Source: Sphyrna mokarran
Lineage: Eukaryota
Length of the DNA: 64,000 nucleotides
Reading direction: 5' to 3'
NCBI GenBank assembly: GCA_024679065.1
Contig: JAGIQG010000001.1
Span: forward strand, 154,442,001-154,506,000
Of this stretch, positions 12,756 through 24,757 are shown one piece after another; positions within the stretch are counted from its first letter, which is position 1, and each line of letters opens with the position of its first letter. A model generated the notes under the pieces. That model ran no database searches and had not been told where the DNA came from. It worked only from the letters and a program-made list of their open reading frames with translations. The position numbers and the translations under genes are program-made.

Positions 12756-13036
12756 GGTGGCACAGGAGTTAGCACACTGCTGCCTTTTTGCCACGCAGCG
12801 CCAGGGACTCAGGTTCACTTACAGTCTTGGAGTTTGCACATTCTCCCCATGTTTGTGTGGGTTTCCTCCGGGTGCACCTGTTCCCTCCTACAATCCAAAG
12901 ATGTGCAGATTGCGTGGATTGGCCATGTTCAATGCGCAATATGGTGATAGGGCAGAGGAGTGGGCCTAAGTAGAATGCCCTTTCAGAAGATAGGTGTAGA
13001 CTTAATGGCCTCCTTTTGCAATGAGAGGATTCTATA
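12756..13036 (+). mobile_element. V-SINE, CR1-type tail
   Basis: ggtggcacaggagttagcac...gtgggtttcctccgggtgc...gattctat. Confidence 0.85.
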
Positions 13037-13804
13037 CAAAATAAAGAGCATCTCAATGCTTTTTGGAATCTTCAATATAGCACAAATATTTGTCACAATG
13101 CCAAATAGATAATATAATTGGGATATAAAATGCTGTTCCCCCTACACCTAATTTATTGAAGTATAAATTGACTGCATCATTTTGTTTGTTACTGTCATTT
13201 TTTTTTAAGATTTCCACCATGGATTTTGGAAAACGAGGGAGGTGAGTTCCAACCTAGATGTCCCATTTTAAAATTTAAAACCAAAAGTGTGATCGAAAAA
13301 ATATATATTTTTTAAAAAAAACTGTGAACTCCAAAGGTTCAGAAAGCACTGACTGCACAAGTGATGTGATAACACCATGTTACTGGCTCTGGGGAAGGTG
13401 TAAGGAGAGAGAAGTCAAGTGGATATTTTTGGCTGCCCAGATGCTACGGGTGTCATTGTCAATGACCAAGTTTAATCCCAAAAGTAACTTGAAACAAAAT
13501 TAAAAGGCAATAGGAATGCCTGATTAATCAAAGTTTACCTACTTGCTGTTTGTCTGTGTCATTATTGAGTGCAGCTAAACTCCTAAAGCTCGGCTCCCTG
13601 TTTCGTTACTTGTGGTCCCTAATTCTCCTTCAGCTCTGGGACCCTATTAGCTTTATTTTTTTCTGGGGGTGATCTTCAATGCTTGGCAGTGGCCCACATT
13701 GTGTGATCCATGAAAGAAAATGCAATTGCTCCAGCAAGTCTCGTCTCCATGCTGGAAGATCAAGATGTTAATGTTCAGCTCTTATTAGCCAATAAGTAAC
13801 TAGT

Positions 13805-14210
13805 ATCATAGAATAGAACCCTACAGTGCAGAAGGAGGTCATTCGGCCCATCAAGTCTGCACCAACAGCAATCCCAGCCATAACCCCAAGCATTTGCCCA
13901 AGCTAGTCCCCTGACACCAAGGGTCAAATTAGCTCGGCCAATCCATCTAACCCGCACACATGTTTGGACTGTGGAAGGAAACCAGAGCACTGGAAGAAAC
14001 CCATGCACACATAGGGAGAATGTGTGGAGTTTGCACAGTAAGAAATCTCTCAACACCAGGTTAAAATCCAACCGTTTATTTGGTAACAAACGCCACCAGT
14101 GGCATATCCACATCAAAACTCCACACAGACAGTGACCAAAACTGGGATCAAACCTGGGTCCCTGGCGCTGTGATGCAGCAGTGCTAACCATTGTGCCACC
14201 ATGCCACCCT
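13805..14210 (-). mobile_element. V-SINE carrying a short internal Penelope insertion (~14037-14100)
   Basis: agtaagaaatctctcaacaccaggttaaaatccaaccgtttatttgg matches the Penelope end at ~25686 and ~31432. Confidence 0.85.
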
Positions 14211-14399
14211 CGTACTTGTATAAAATTATAGTTCCCTTGCATTACCAGCCCCAGCCTCATTGCTCTAGGCAAGAGACTACAAGCCCAAAAGGGTTAAATT
14301 ATGAGATAAGTTATATAGTCTAAGCTTCTATTCCCTTTAATGCAGAATACTTAAGGATAGTGTAATTGAGCTATAGAAAATGATCTATGAGGTAATGAT

Positions 14400-14688
14400 T
14401 TTTAGATTTTCTGCTGTTTAGCCATTCTTACCCTTTATTCTTTCTAGGGACTGCTAATAGCAGCCCTTTACCCTGGTTTCTGTGGCTATGATTCATTTTT
14501 CAATCCCTCGCCCTGCAGTATAAATATCTCCCACTTTCTATGCCTTTTAGCTTTGACAAAGGGTCATCTGGACTCGCAACATCAGCTCTTTTCTCTCCTT
14601 ACAGATGCTGTCAGACCTGCTGAGATTTTCCAGCATTTTCTCTTTTGGTTTCAGGTTCCATTTTCCATAGTAATTTCCTTTTTATTAA
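14400..14688 (+). mobile_element. Penelope-derived short element (second family)
   Basis: tttgacaaagggtcatctggactcgcaac...acagatgctgtcagacctgctgagattttccagc; related copies near 15715, 25270, 26510, 34055, 43700. Confidence 0.6.
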
Positions 14689-14987
14689 GGAAGAAATGGG
14701 CTTGGCAAAGAGAAAACATTTCTTAGTCCAAAATGAAGGTGCATAACCATTTAATAAAAAATGTTAAGTCATTCCAGGTTGATGACCAGAAGAAATTTCC
14801 TGAATAGAGCGTGAATGGTGAAAACCTGGAGCTGTGTGTTCCAAAAAACTGTTGAAGCTAGATTTAGAAAAAAATCACCTGAAACTGCTTTTTTTTTTTT
14901 GTTTTGAAAAAGGTTATTAAGAGCTAAGAATCAAATAAGTTTGGAGTTTAGGATTTGGAAAAGCTATGACCTAATTGAGTGCTGAAT

Positions 14988-15311
14988 GAATCATAGAATA
15001 GAATCCCTACAGTGCAGAAAAAGGCCATTTGCCCATCAAGTCTGCACCAACCACAATCCCACCCAGGCCCTATCCCTGTCACCCCACATATTTACCCTGC
15101 TAATCTCCCTAACCTATGCATCCCAGGACACTAAGGCCAATTTATCATGGCTATTTCACCTATTCCGCATATCTCTGGAGTGTGGGAGGTGTCCAGAGGA
15201 AACCCATGCAGACATGGGGAGACTGTGTGGAGTTTGCACAGACAGTGACCTAACCCAGGTCCCTGGAGCTATGAGGCAGCAGTGCTAACCACTGTGCCAC
15301 CATGCCACCCC
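14988..15311 (-). mobile_element. V-SINE, CR1-type tail
   Basis: Full head, core and tail; carries a micro-inversion at 15224-15241. Confidence 0.88.
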
Positions 15312-17839
15312 TTAGTTGAGATTCCCCTACCCCTATATTCTCACAACCTGTTTGTTTTATTCTTGTATAGGAAGCCACAATTTCTGAACCTGTAAGTTTT
15401 GATTGCTACAGTAGGTGGCAGAGTTTGAGTGCAGCTCGTTGCATTGCGTGCTATCCTGATGTTGAAGAGGTTGGTGCCAAGCAGTAGGCGTTTTTTTAAT
15501 TCACATTATACAAGTTTTAGCAAAGAAAATATGGCCATCATTGTTGGTACTCTTTCCCTATACTCATAAACTGACTGAAGACTTCCTGGTGAGTTAATTT
15601 AAAACATTCTGCCCATCTAAGTTCTTTACTCTCCAGTGCCACCTTATGGGGTGAAGATCTACTCCACTTGGTATCCTTGTGCTTTGGCAGAGCATATTAC
15701 TTGTCTAAAATTTAAACACAGCAAATGCTGGAAATACTGAGCAAGTCTGACAGTGTCTGTGGAGAGCAGAGTGGTTTCTCTTTCCACAATTGCTGTGTAG
15801 TTTGCTGACTGCTTACAGCAGTCTCTGCTTTCACTGTTGCAGAAATTTCCTGGCTGTTTGTTCCTTCTCTTATCTCGTGAGTAAGTTTGACTGGAAGTCG
15901 GGTATATTACCACAGAAGCCAGTGATCCTCTGTTCCTTTCTATGTGGGACATTGTGTCATCAATGTTATGCTATTTAACTGTGGAAGTTGTCACAGTTTA
16001 ATTCCATCTTGCCTGTGTCCAGTATTCCCATGTGCATTTCCAACAGGGGTCACTGGACAGCAACAGAAGAAAGGGCCCCAGCTAGATTACCTCCACACAG
16101 TTCAAAATAGGGCATTCTTTGAATATATTAAAATGTGCAACACATGGATTGGCTAATGATTTGGACAATCAGCAAGTTCATATAATAGAATTAGACCATT
16201 CGGCCAATTGAGTTTGCTCCGTCATTCAATCACAGCTGATATGCTCCTTATCCCCATTTTCCTGCCTTCTCCCCGTAATCCTTCATAAGCAAGGATCTGT
16301 TTTTCTACTGTAAAAATTGGGTTAGGAGGGAAATCTGAGTTGCTTATGCTTTCCATCAATTAATAACTGTATCAAATAAGAGGATACACCATGACAGTTT
16401 TTTTGCTGAAGTAACCCCTGATATTCTAAGCTGAAACATGAGGCATTGGCACTTTGGCAGGGTACATGCGTATCACTTGTGAAATTGTTCTTTTAGGAGG
16501 GAAGGGTAAGAAAGTTTTTGGGAGAGGAGGGGAAAGGATGTGGAATAGCTACTACAAATGTTTGTCTTGTTTCTAACCAGCTGTATTACCATGTGTTATG
16601 GCACATAAAATTATCCTTGGAATCTACACATTCTAGAAAACGGAATACATATCCCTCTTTTTCAAAAGCGCAGCATGTTCTGCAACCTGGCAATTGCAAA
16701 CACATTTCCTACATATTGTCAAACCACATCTAGACTGTTAGTGTAACCATGGTCTGGAGTCAAAAATGTTCCTGGGGTGAAAGGAAAAAGCTAGTAACTT
16801 CAACCCCTCTAGTTTGCACATTGCTGCACTCTTTTAACAGAAATGAAGTGCAAAGGCCCATCTTGAGGGTTTAATTTTGCCAGTGGCACCCAATATAAGA
16901 ACTGTCACTGGTGGAAGAGATTTTATAATACTAATGGTAGTCAGGCAGCACACTTGTACAGGCCACTGATGTGTCTCATTTGTTTAACCTCATGGACATT
17001 ATCCAGCCAGTGCAATAGGTCAGATATCTAGAAATACTTACAAATGACTCTTTTCATCTCATTGGAAAGCACCTCCCTGTCCTTTCCCTGTTAAGGCCCA
17101 GTCAAGAGCAATATCTTGTGTGATGAATAGCATTTTGTTGCAACGTTATTGTTAGCTGCTTGGAGAAATAAGTCACCGTGTTTTAGATATGATTTTTGTC
17201 ATCCATAAGACTGACAGAGCAAAATTGGATGAATGGACTGGATGTGCACAATATTTATTTGCTGGTAAAATTCCCACATCTAGTTCTCAAGTGAGGGGAA
17301 ATTGCATTACTCCTGGTTTTGCAGATTTAATGTATGTTATGAACCATAACATTGAAGAGTCCTGCCTCTGGTGTTCTAACCTATCTGAAAATAAATAGGC
17401 CAAATTAAGAAAATTAAAAGTGGCAAGAGAGGGTTGGAAGTCAGATAAAGCATTCTTTATCTCAAAATCAAATTAATTGCCCCCATCATTCCTGTAGACA
17501 GCAAATCTAATCTAGTGTGCAACTTAAGAGTGAAATAACTGCGTAATTAGGATTCTGCTTACTAATGAATTATTGTGTGTTTGTGTGTGTGTACATGTGT
17601 CTCCATCCTAATGTCTAAGTTAGAACTGAGATCATATGTAATTGGTTGCATCTAGCATTGTAAAAGCAAGCGCAGCCAGCACAGAACATAAATTCAGTCA
17701 TTTTGAAAATCTACAGCCTAATAAAATTATTCATAACCCAAATGAATATTTGATGTGACTTTATCAATTGTTCTTATAGTCAAAACCAGCAAAGGACTTA
17801 AAAAAAAAAGTAACATCATCAATCCTTTTTATTATTTAG

Positions 17840-18041
17840 CACACTGGAAGGCAACTGCATTGACGATGCTTTACAAGGACAAGCAGTTTACACCTATGAG
17901 GATGGGAGTACTCTCCATGGTACCTACATTGATGGAGAATTGAATGGCATAGCTGAGGAATATGATTCAGACGGACAGTTGACGTTCAGGGGTCAATACA
18001 GGGATAATGTTCGGTGGGGTGTTTGCTGGATGTACTTTTCG
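17840..18041 (+). CDS. SETD7: SETD7 exon 3: STLEGNCIDDALQGQAVYTYEDGSTLHGTYIDGELNGIAEEYDSDGQLTFRGQYRDNVRWGVCWMYFS
   Basis: Acceptor atttag, donor gtaagt, 202 nt, MORN repeats. Confidence 0.97.
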
Positions 18042-18339
18042 GTAAGTTTCAGTTAAACGGTGAAAGGTATTAAAAATTGTGGCTAACTTGCATAGAGACC
18101 AGAGGGCTGCAGTTTTCTTTCCACCGCCCCTATTAAATTATTTGACCTTATCCAAATCCGCAGTTTGGTGACTTTAATTGGCCTCAACAAATATTGTTCA
18201 AATATGAAATGCAGCTGGACTTCCATGGACAAAGTCAAATTTGCCTGAACACCGTGTACAACATGCAGCTAGATTTTTGTGAAGCTGTGGTCAAAGTGAG
18301 AGACCCCATCAATTTGATTCCCAGATTAGAATTGAACCT

Positions 18340-18642
18340 CATAGAATCCCTTTGGTGCAGAAGGAGGCCATTCAGCCCATCAAGCCTGCACTGATGATAA
18401 TCCCACTCAGGCCTTATCCCTTTAACTCCATGTATTTATCCTGCTAGTCTCCCTGACATTAAGGGGTAATACAATATGGCCAATCCACATAACCTGCACA
18501 TCTTTAGACTGTGGGAGGAAACAGGAGCACCCAGAGGTGGACACAGGGAGAATGTTTAAACTCCACACAGAGACAGTGACCCAAGGCCAGAATCTCTCTG
18601 GTGCTGTGAGACAGCAGGGCTAACCACTGTGCTGCCATGCCT
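18340..18642 (-). mobile_element. V-SINE, CR1-type tail
   Basis: Head, V core and tail motifs as in other copies. Confidence 0.85.
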
Positions 18643-18939
18643 CCTATTCATATTGGCTAACATTACAGTTTTTTAAAAAAAAAATGTAAAAACGTCGTGG
18701 CTTGCTTAATACAGTTTTTGAATCATAACTGTCCTCACCTTTCTATCTTTCACTTTCTCTTGTTTGTTTTATTTATCCTCCTGTTTTAAAATAATTCCTA
18801 GCAGAATGCGTCTGTCAAAATGGCCAATCCAGCTGTGTCTAGACTGGAAAGCATTGCCTCCTTAATAAAACTTTATGCTAAATTGAAATTTGAATATGTA
18901 AAGCTGCAGCTCTTACATAAGGCACCTATTCACTCCCAA

Positions 18940-20198
18940 GTGTTTGGGATTGGTACAAGTTTGGGGATTGATACAAGGCTATCGAGGGACAGTGGGATGA
19001 GTTTGGGACTGATACAAAGCTCTGGGGAGAAAGTGGAGTAGTGCCATTACTTTGGGGGTTGACAGAGGGTGATGGAGAGAGATCGAGTTAGTGAGGTTAG
19101 TTTGGGATTGATTCAGCGTTAAGAGAGAGCAGGGCATTGAGATTATTTTGGGATTGACACAGCGCTATGGGGAGAGAGAGGCAGTGGGAATAGTTTGGGA
19201 TTGATACAGGATTATGGTGAGAGAGGGACAGTGGGATTAGTTTGGGAATTGATACATGGCTGGGGGGAGAATAGGGGAGTGGGATTAATTTGGGAATTGA
19301 TACAGGGCTAGAGAGAGAGAGTGGGGTAGTGGATTTAGTTTGTGATTTGACACGGCAGTGGGATTAGTTTGTGGACTGATGCAGGCTATGTTGAGGGAAT
19401 GGGGCAGTGGCATTATATTGGGGATTGATACAGAACTATGGGTAGGGATCAGGACAGTGAGATTAGTTTGGAATTGATACAGGGCTACAGGGAGAGAACA
19501 GGACAGTGGAATACATTTGCGATTGACACAAGGCAATGGGGAGAGAGCGGGTCAGTGGCATTAGTTTGGGGATTGATAAAGGGCTATGGTGAGAGATCGG
19601 GACACTAGGATAAGTTTGGGGATGCAGTGTAATGGGGAGAGCACGGGACAGTAGCACTTAGTTTGGGGATTGATACAGGACTATGGGGAGAGTAGGACAG
19701 TGGGATTAGATGGAGACTGAATCAGAGTACGTGCAGAGAGTGGGCAGTGGGATTTGTTAGGGGATTGATGCAGGGCTAGGGGGAGACAGCTGAGCAGTGG
19801 GATTAATTTGAGAATCGAAACTGGGTTATGGGGTGGGAGAGAGGTGCAGTGAGATTAGTTCGGGAATGATACAAAGCTATGAGAGAAAGCAGAACAGTGG
19901 TATTAATTTAGGGACTGATGCTTTGTTGAGAGATCGGGGCAGTGATATTAGTTCAGGGATTGATATAGGGTTATGAAAAGAGATTGGTACAGTAGAATTA
20001 GTTTGGGATTGATACAGGGTTACGGGGAGAGTGTGGAGCAGTGGGGCTTGTTTGGGATTGATACAGGGATATGGGATGGGAGAGAGGGGCATTAGTGTGG
20101 GGTTTGATGTAGGACATGGGGGAGAGCGGGACAGTGGGATTAGTTTGTGGTTGACGCAGGACAATGGAGAGAACGCAGTGGTATTAGTTTGGGGACTG
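18940..20198 (+). repeat. Minisatellite, ~48-50 nt unit, roughly 25 diverged copies
   Basis: Consensus approximately cagtgggattagtttgggattgatacagggctatggggagagagcggga. Confidence 0.92.
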
Positions 20199-20206
20199 AA
20201 AAAAAA

Positions 20207-20515
20207 CAGCTCAGTGACTATCGCTGTAGCTGTGCAGACACTTGGAATTGGGCCGGTGTCTGCGGGAGTTTGCGCGTTCTCCCCGTGGTTGCGTGGGTTT
20301 TCTCCAGGCGCTCCGGTTTCCTCCCACATCCCAAAAAATTTGCTCTTAGGCTGATTGGGAAACAAATTGTCCCTACATTGAGACTCTTCCATATTAGGAA
20401 TAACCTAAAATTAGAATAGGATAATGGAATTGTTACTATATAGTTATGACGGTGGCGCGGGCTCGTTGGGCCGAAGGGCCTGTTTCCCGTGCTGTGTTGC
20501 TCTTTAAAAAAAAAA
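20207..20515 (+). mobile_element. V-SINE variant with atypical head (copy 1, 5'-truncated)
   Basis: acagctcagtgactatcgctgtagctgtgcagac head, V core, CR1-type tail gggccgaagggcctgtttc; CpG-rich. Confidence 0.85.
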
Positions 20516-20679
20516 GTGTAGTGAGTGGCTAGCTCCCCACACATTTAGTGACAGATCAATTGAAAATAGCACGTGACACCATAACCTGGAATGTTTCATA
20601 AACGGGTCCCAAAACCATGGGTTGCGGACACCAGATGATCATTTTGGCTACGAGCCATGATGACTGTAAAACACACACT

Positions 20680-21860
20680 ATGTACTTAGAGCATTGCGAT
20701 CTGATTAGGGATACACAGCATGGCTTTAAGGGGAGGTCGTGCCTTACGAATCTGGTAGAATTTTTTGAGGAGGTGACAAAAATGGTTGATGAGCGAGCCG
20801 TTGATGTTGTCTATATGGATTTCAGTAAGGCGTTTGACCTCATGGGAGGTTAGTTGAAAAGGTCAAGGCTAATAGAATACAAGGACAGGTATCTAGATGG
20901 ATAAGTAACTGGCTTGGTAATAGGAGACAGAGTAATAATGGAAGGGTGTTTTTCTAGCTGGAGGTCAGTCACTAGTGGTGTGCCACAGGGCTCGGTACTG
21001 GGATTTCTTCTATTTGTAATATATATAAATGACTTGGAGGAGAGAGTAAGTGGTGTGATCAGCAAGTTTGTAGATGATGTAAAGATGGCTGGACTTGTGG
21101 GTCGTGAGGAGCATTATCAGGCGATGCAGCAGGACATAGGCTGGTAGCTTGGGCAGATAGATGGCAGATGGAATTCAGTTCTGATAAATGTGAGGTGATG
21201 CATTTTGGAGAAATAATGTAGGGGGGAGGTATATGATAAAGGGGTAGACCTATTGAGAGTATAGAAATGCAGAGGGACCTGGGGGTGCAGGTGCACAAGT
21301 CTCTGAAGGTGGCAGAGCAGATGGAGAAGGTTGTGAAGAAAGCATATAGTATGTTAGCCTTTATAGGAAGAGGTATAGAGTACAAGAGCTGGCCTTTAAT
21401 GTTGCAGTTGTATAAAACGTTGGTTAGACCTCATCTGGAATACTGCATCCAGTTCTGATTGCCTTATTACCAGAAGGATATGGAGACTCTGGAGAAGTGC
21501 AGAGGAGGTTTACCAGGATGCTGCCTAGTATGGAAGGTCTGAGTTATGAAGAGAGGTTAGGCAAATTGGGACTCTTTTCCTTAAAGACGTAGATAAGGGT
21601 ATAGATAGAGTAAACAGTGGTAAGCTTTTTCTTAGGTTAGAATCAAATAGCACGAAGGGTCACGGGCTTAGGGTGAGAGGGGTAAGGTATAATTTGGATG
21701 CTAGAGGGAGTTTTTTCACAGAGGGTTGTGGGGGTCTGAAACGCACTGCCAAGTAAGGTGTTGGAGGCAGGCACGCTGGAGTTATTTAAGAGATACTTAA
21801 ATGGGCACATGAACAGAATGGGGATGGAGGAATATAGAAGACTGATTTAAAATAGGGATC
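20680..21860 (+). mobile_element. CR1 LINE, RT domain to near the 3' end, frameshifted
   Basis: QHGFKGRSCLTNL, VDVVYMDFSKAFD, VTSGVPQGSVLG, SKFVDD, LVRPHLEYCIQF. Confidence 0.93.
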
Positions 21861-22055
21861 ATGAGCCTTGGGAGTTCCCTGTAAATTGTGAATGATATTG
21901 ATGTATTTCTGTTTTATCCTACAGGTACTTCGGTCTGTCTTGTAATCTAACAAGGGGCATACACGCGATGGGTCGTGAGAGGGCTGCTCTTGGATATTTC
22001 GAGAGTATCCTAGTGCTTCACGTCGTTAGTGTACGCTTGACCTGGACCATTTGAT

Positions 22056-22380
22056 GGGCAACACGACAGCTCAGTGACTATCGCTGTGCTGTGCAGATAC
22101 ATGGATTTTGGGCCTGTGTCTGTGGGAGTTTGCACATTCTCCCCGTGCTTGCGTGGGTTTTCTCCGGGTGCTCCGGTTTCCTCCCACACCCCAAAGATGT
22201 GTTCTTAGGCTGATTGGGAAAACAAATTCTCCCTAAATTGTCTCAAATTTGGTTCCAATGCAGATTTCTATAAACGTAGACAGGGATCATGGGTAGAGGT
22301 GGAAACATCAAGGTGGTGGCGTGGGTTCGTTGGGCTGAAGGGCCTGTTTCTCGTGCTATTTTATTCTTTGTTCTTTGTTC
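22056..22380 (+). mobile_element. V-SINE variant with atypical head (copy 2, full length)
   Basis: Starts gggcaacacgacagctcagtgactatcg, ends (ttctttg)n. Confidence 0.88.
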
Positions 22381-22639
22381 AAATTTCACTGCCCCCACCC
22401 CCAAACAGTTCATCCACAGGGCAACTTTTCAGTGCCCTGATTGGTGGTTCATTCTTGTCCTGACTGGTCATTCAATTCAATACTCTGGCTGGTCGTGACT
22501 TCCATTGACCTGCTTGTAGTTCAAGAGGGCACTTTGTGCACTGTGCAAAATGTGTAGTTATTGAGCCTTCAAATCAGTTGTAATTAAAAGGACATGCCTG
22601 CGTGCAACCGTACCTTTCCTTCCAACACTTAAAACTTAA

Positions 22640-22916
22640 AAGTTTATTTATTAGTGTCGCAAGTAGGCTTATATTAACACTGCAATGAAGTTATTGTGAA
22701 AATTCCCTAGTCACCCCACTCCAGCTCCTGTTCAGGTACACTGAGGGAGAATTTAGCACAGGGAATGCACCTAACCAGCATGTCTGTTGGACTGAGAGAA
22801 AACCAAAGCATGGGGAGAATATGCAGACTCTGCACAAACAGTGGCCCAAATTGGGAATCAAACCCAGGTGCCTGGTGCTGTGAAGCAGCAGTGTTAACCA
22901 CTGTGCCACCATGCCG
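22640..22916 (-). mobile_element. V-SINE, L2-type tail
   Basis: aagtttatttattagtgtcgcaagtaggctt...ccactgtgccaccatgcc. Confidence 0.87.
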
Positions 22917-23289
22917 TCTCCCCTCCCTGCACCTTCTATCACTCTGAGATCACATCAATTTTCAAGCATTAAAATGGTTCCACATTGGGGAAAATGTTTG
23001 GTAAGCATTGTTTGTAAATTTGGAAATACTGACAGCAAACCAACCTGTACTGTTACACATGTATAATGTACCCTAACTTCTAGTTAGATATTTAGCAGAA
23101 GAAGATGTACATTACATTCAGAAAATGATGGGTAGCTCAGGAGGAAGAGAAATTCATTCTCGGGATTACCACAACCTCTGGCTTACACGAGTGCTATCAA
23201 CAGAGCAACGACTGACTGAATGTTTTTGGAGAAAATTGGCAAAAAAAAGTAAATAATTCAAAAAATATATATTTTGCTTTAATGTTTTC

Positions 23290-23506
23290 ATAGCCTTAAC
23301 TCAGCCTTTTGGCTAAGATCAAGTCGAAAATAGGGTGCAGAGCTTTATTTTATCAACTTTGCTCTCTTGTGGAGACCTTGAATTGGATTCAATTGGATTT
23401 TGAATTTAGTTTTTAGAGCAAGCAGGGAACAGATTTGGGTTTGCCCAGTCCATTCTGAGCAGTGACTTTGTAACTTTAAGGATGCAGTAAAACATTTAAA
23501 AACAAA
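23290..23506 (+). mobile_element. U2 snRNA-headed short repeat (copy 1)
   Basis: ctcagccttttggctaagatcaagt is U2 5' region; body gtggagaccttgaattggattca shared with the 63860 copy; A-rich end. Confidence 0.7.
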
Positions 23507-23757
23507 CTCTGCTTTCTACCCTGGTCAGATGCATCTGTGAGCTGTAATCATAACTTTATCAGAATTGCAATAGAATTGCATGGTAATAGTTTTTTGTTTG
23601 CACATCTCATGAAATTAAGAAGGCAACATGTAAACAGCTCTGAAGAGGTTCTCAATCTGTTTCCCCAGATTTTTTTTCTAAAAAGAAAATGCATATGTCA
23701 TTACACCTGTGAACATTGTGTTTTATGAACCGTGTGACATGTTATCTTGTGTGACAG

Positions 23758-23947
23758 GATGGAGGCTGCATTGTAGGAGAGGTGAATGAAGACGGGGAGA
23801 TGACTGGTGATAAAATAGCTTATGTTTATCCTGACGGCAAGATAGCCCTGCTTGGAAAATTTGTTGACGGGGAAATAATCGAAGGACACCTGGCAACTCT
23901 TAAAGGTGTAACAGAAGGAAAGCCCCAGTTCGAGCTGTCTCCAGATG
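23758..23947 (+). CDS. SETD7: SETD7 exon 4: [63 protein letters not shown]
   Basis: Acceptor tgacag, donor gtgaga, 190 nt. Confidence 0.97.
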
Positions 23948-24244
23948 GTGAGAAGTATTGTTTTATCATTACACTGTTTCATCACATAATTTAATATTGC
24001 ACACATGTGTTTTCAATATTTTAAAAACATTTCTAGGAATTTATGACTTTGTTTATGCTATGTTTAAAAAGATGTGTCAATTTGAATATGTTTAAAATTG
24101 AAAATATTGGTGGATGTGACAATGGGATTTCACTTGCTGGCTCCCCAGCATCAGTTTTTTTGGGGGGCTGCCCCAAGGAAGCATTGGGGAAACCTTCTTA
24201 GAAGTTCCCAAATAAATGTTTAGCTAGTACATTCCCAGAAGGAC

Positions 24245-24757
24245 TAACTTCCTAGTCTGAGAAAGAACATTCTTGCTGTTGAAGTCCAGTGAAGGTTCAC
24301 CAGACAGATGCCCAGAATGGCAAGACTGATGTACGACAACTGGATCGACTGGGCTTGTAATTGTTGGAATTTAGAAGAATGAGAGGGGAATCTCATAAAA
24401 TTGTGATGGGACTGGACAGGCTGGATGTGGGAAGAATGTTCCTGATCTTGGAAGTGCAGAACTAGGGGTCAGAGCCCAAGAATAAGGGGTAAGCCACTCA
24501 GGACTGAAATGAAGAAGAACTTCCTCACTCAGAGTTGTGAAGCTGTGGAGTTCTCTACCACAAAGTTGTTGGGACCAGTTTGTTAGATATGTTCAAGTGG
24601 GAGCTGAACATGGCCTTTGTGGCTAAAGGGATCAAGGGGTATGGAGAGAAAGCAGCAGTGGAAAACAAAGTGCATGATCAGCCATGATGATATTGAATGG
24701 TAGTGCAGGCTTAAAGGACTGAATGGCCTACTCTTGTACTGATTATCTATGTTTCTT
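24245..24757 (+). mobile_element. CR1 3' fragment
   Basis: agaagaatgagaggggaatctcat...gaatggcctactcttg...tatgtttct; similar to 50200-50590. Confidence 0.85.

Noticed and set aside
18940-20198. CRISPR-like array
   Set aside because: Tandem degenerate units without unique spacers, in a vertebrate intron.
19877-20392. Longest ORF in the track (171 aa, minus) and overlapping ORFs
   Set aside because: Read-through of SINE and minisatellite sequence; no domain or splice support.
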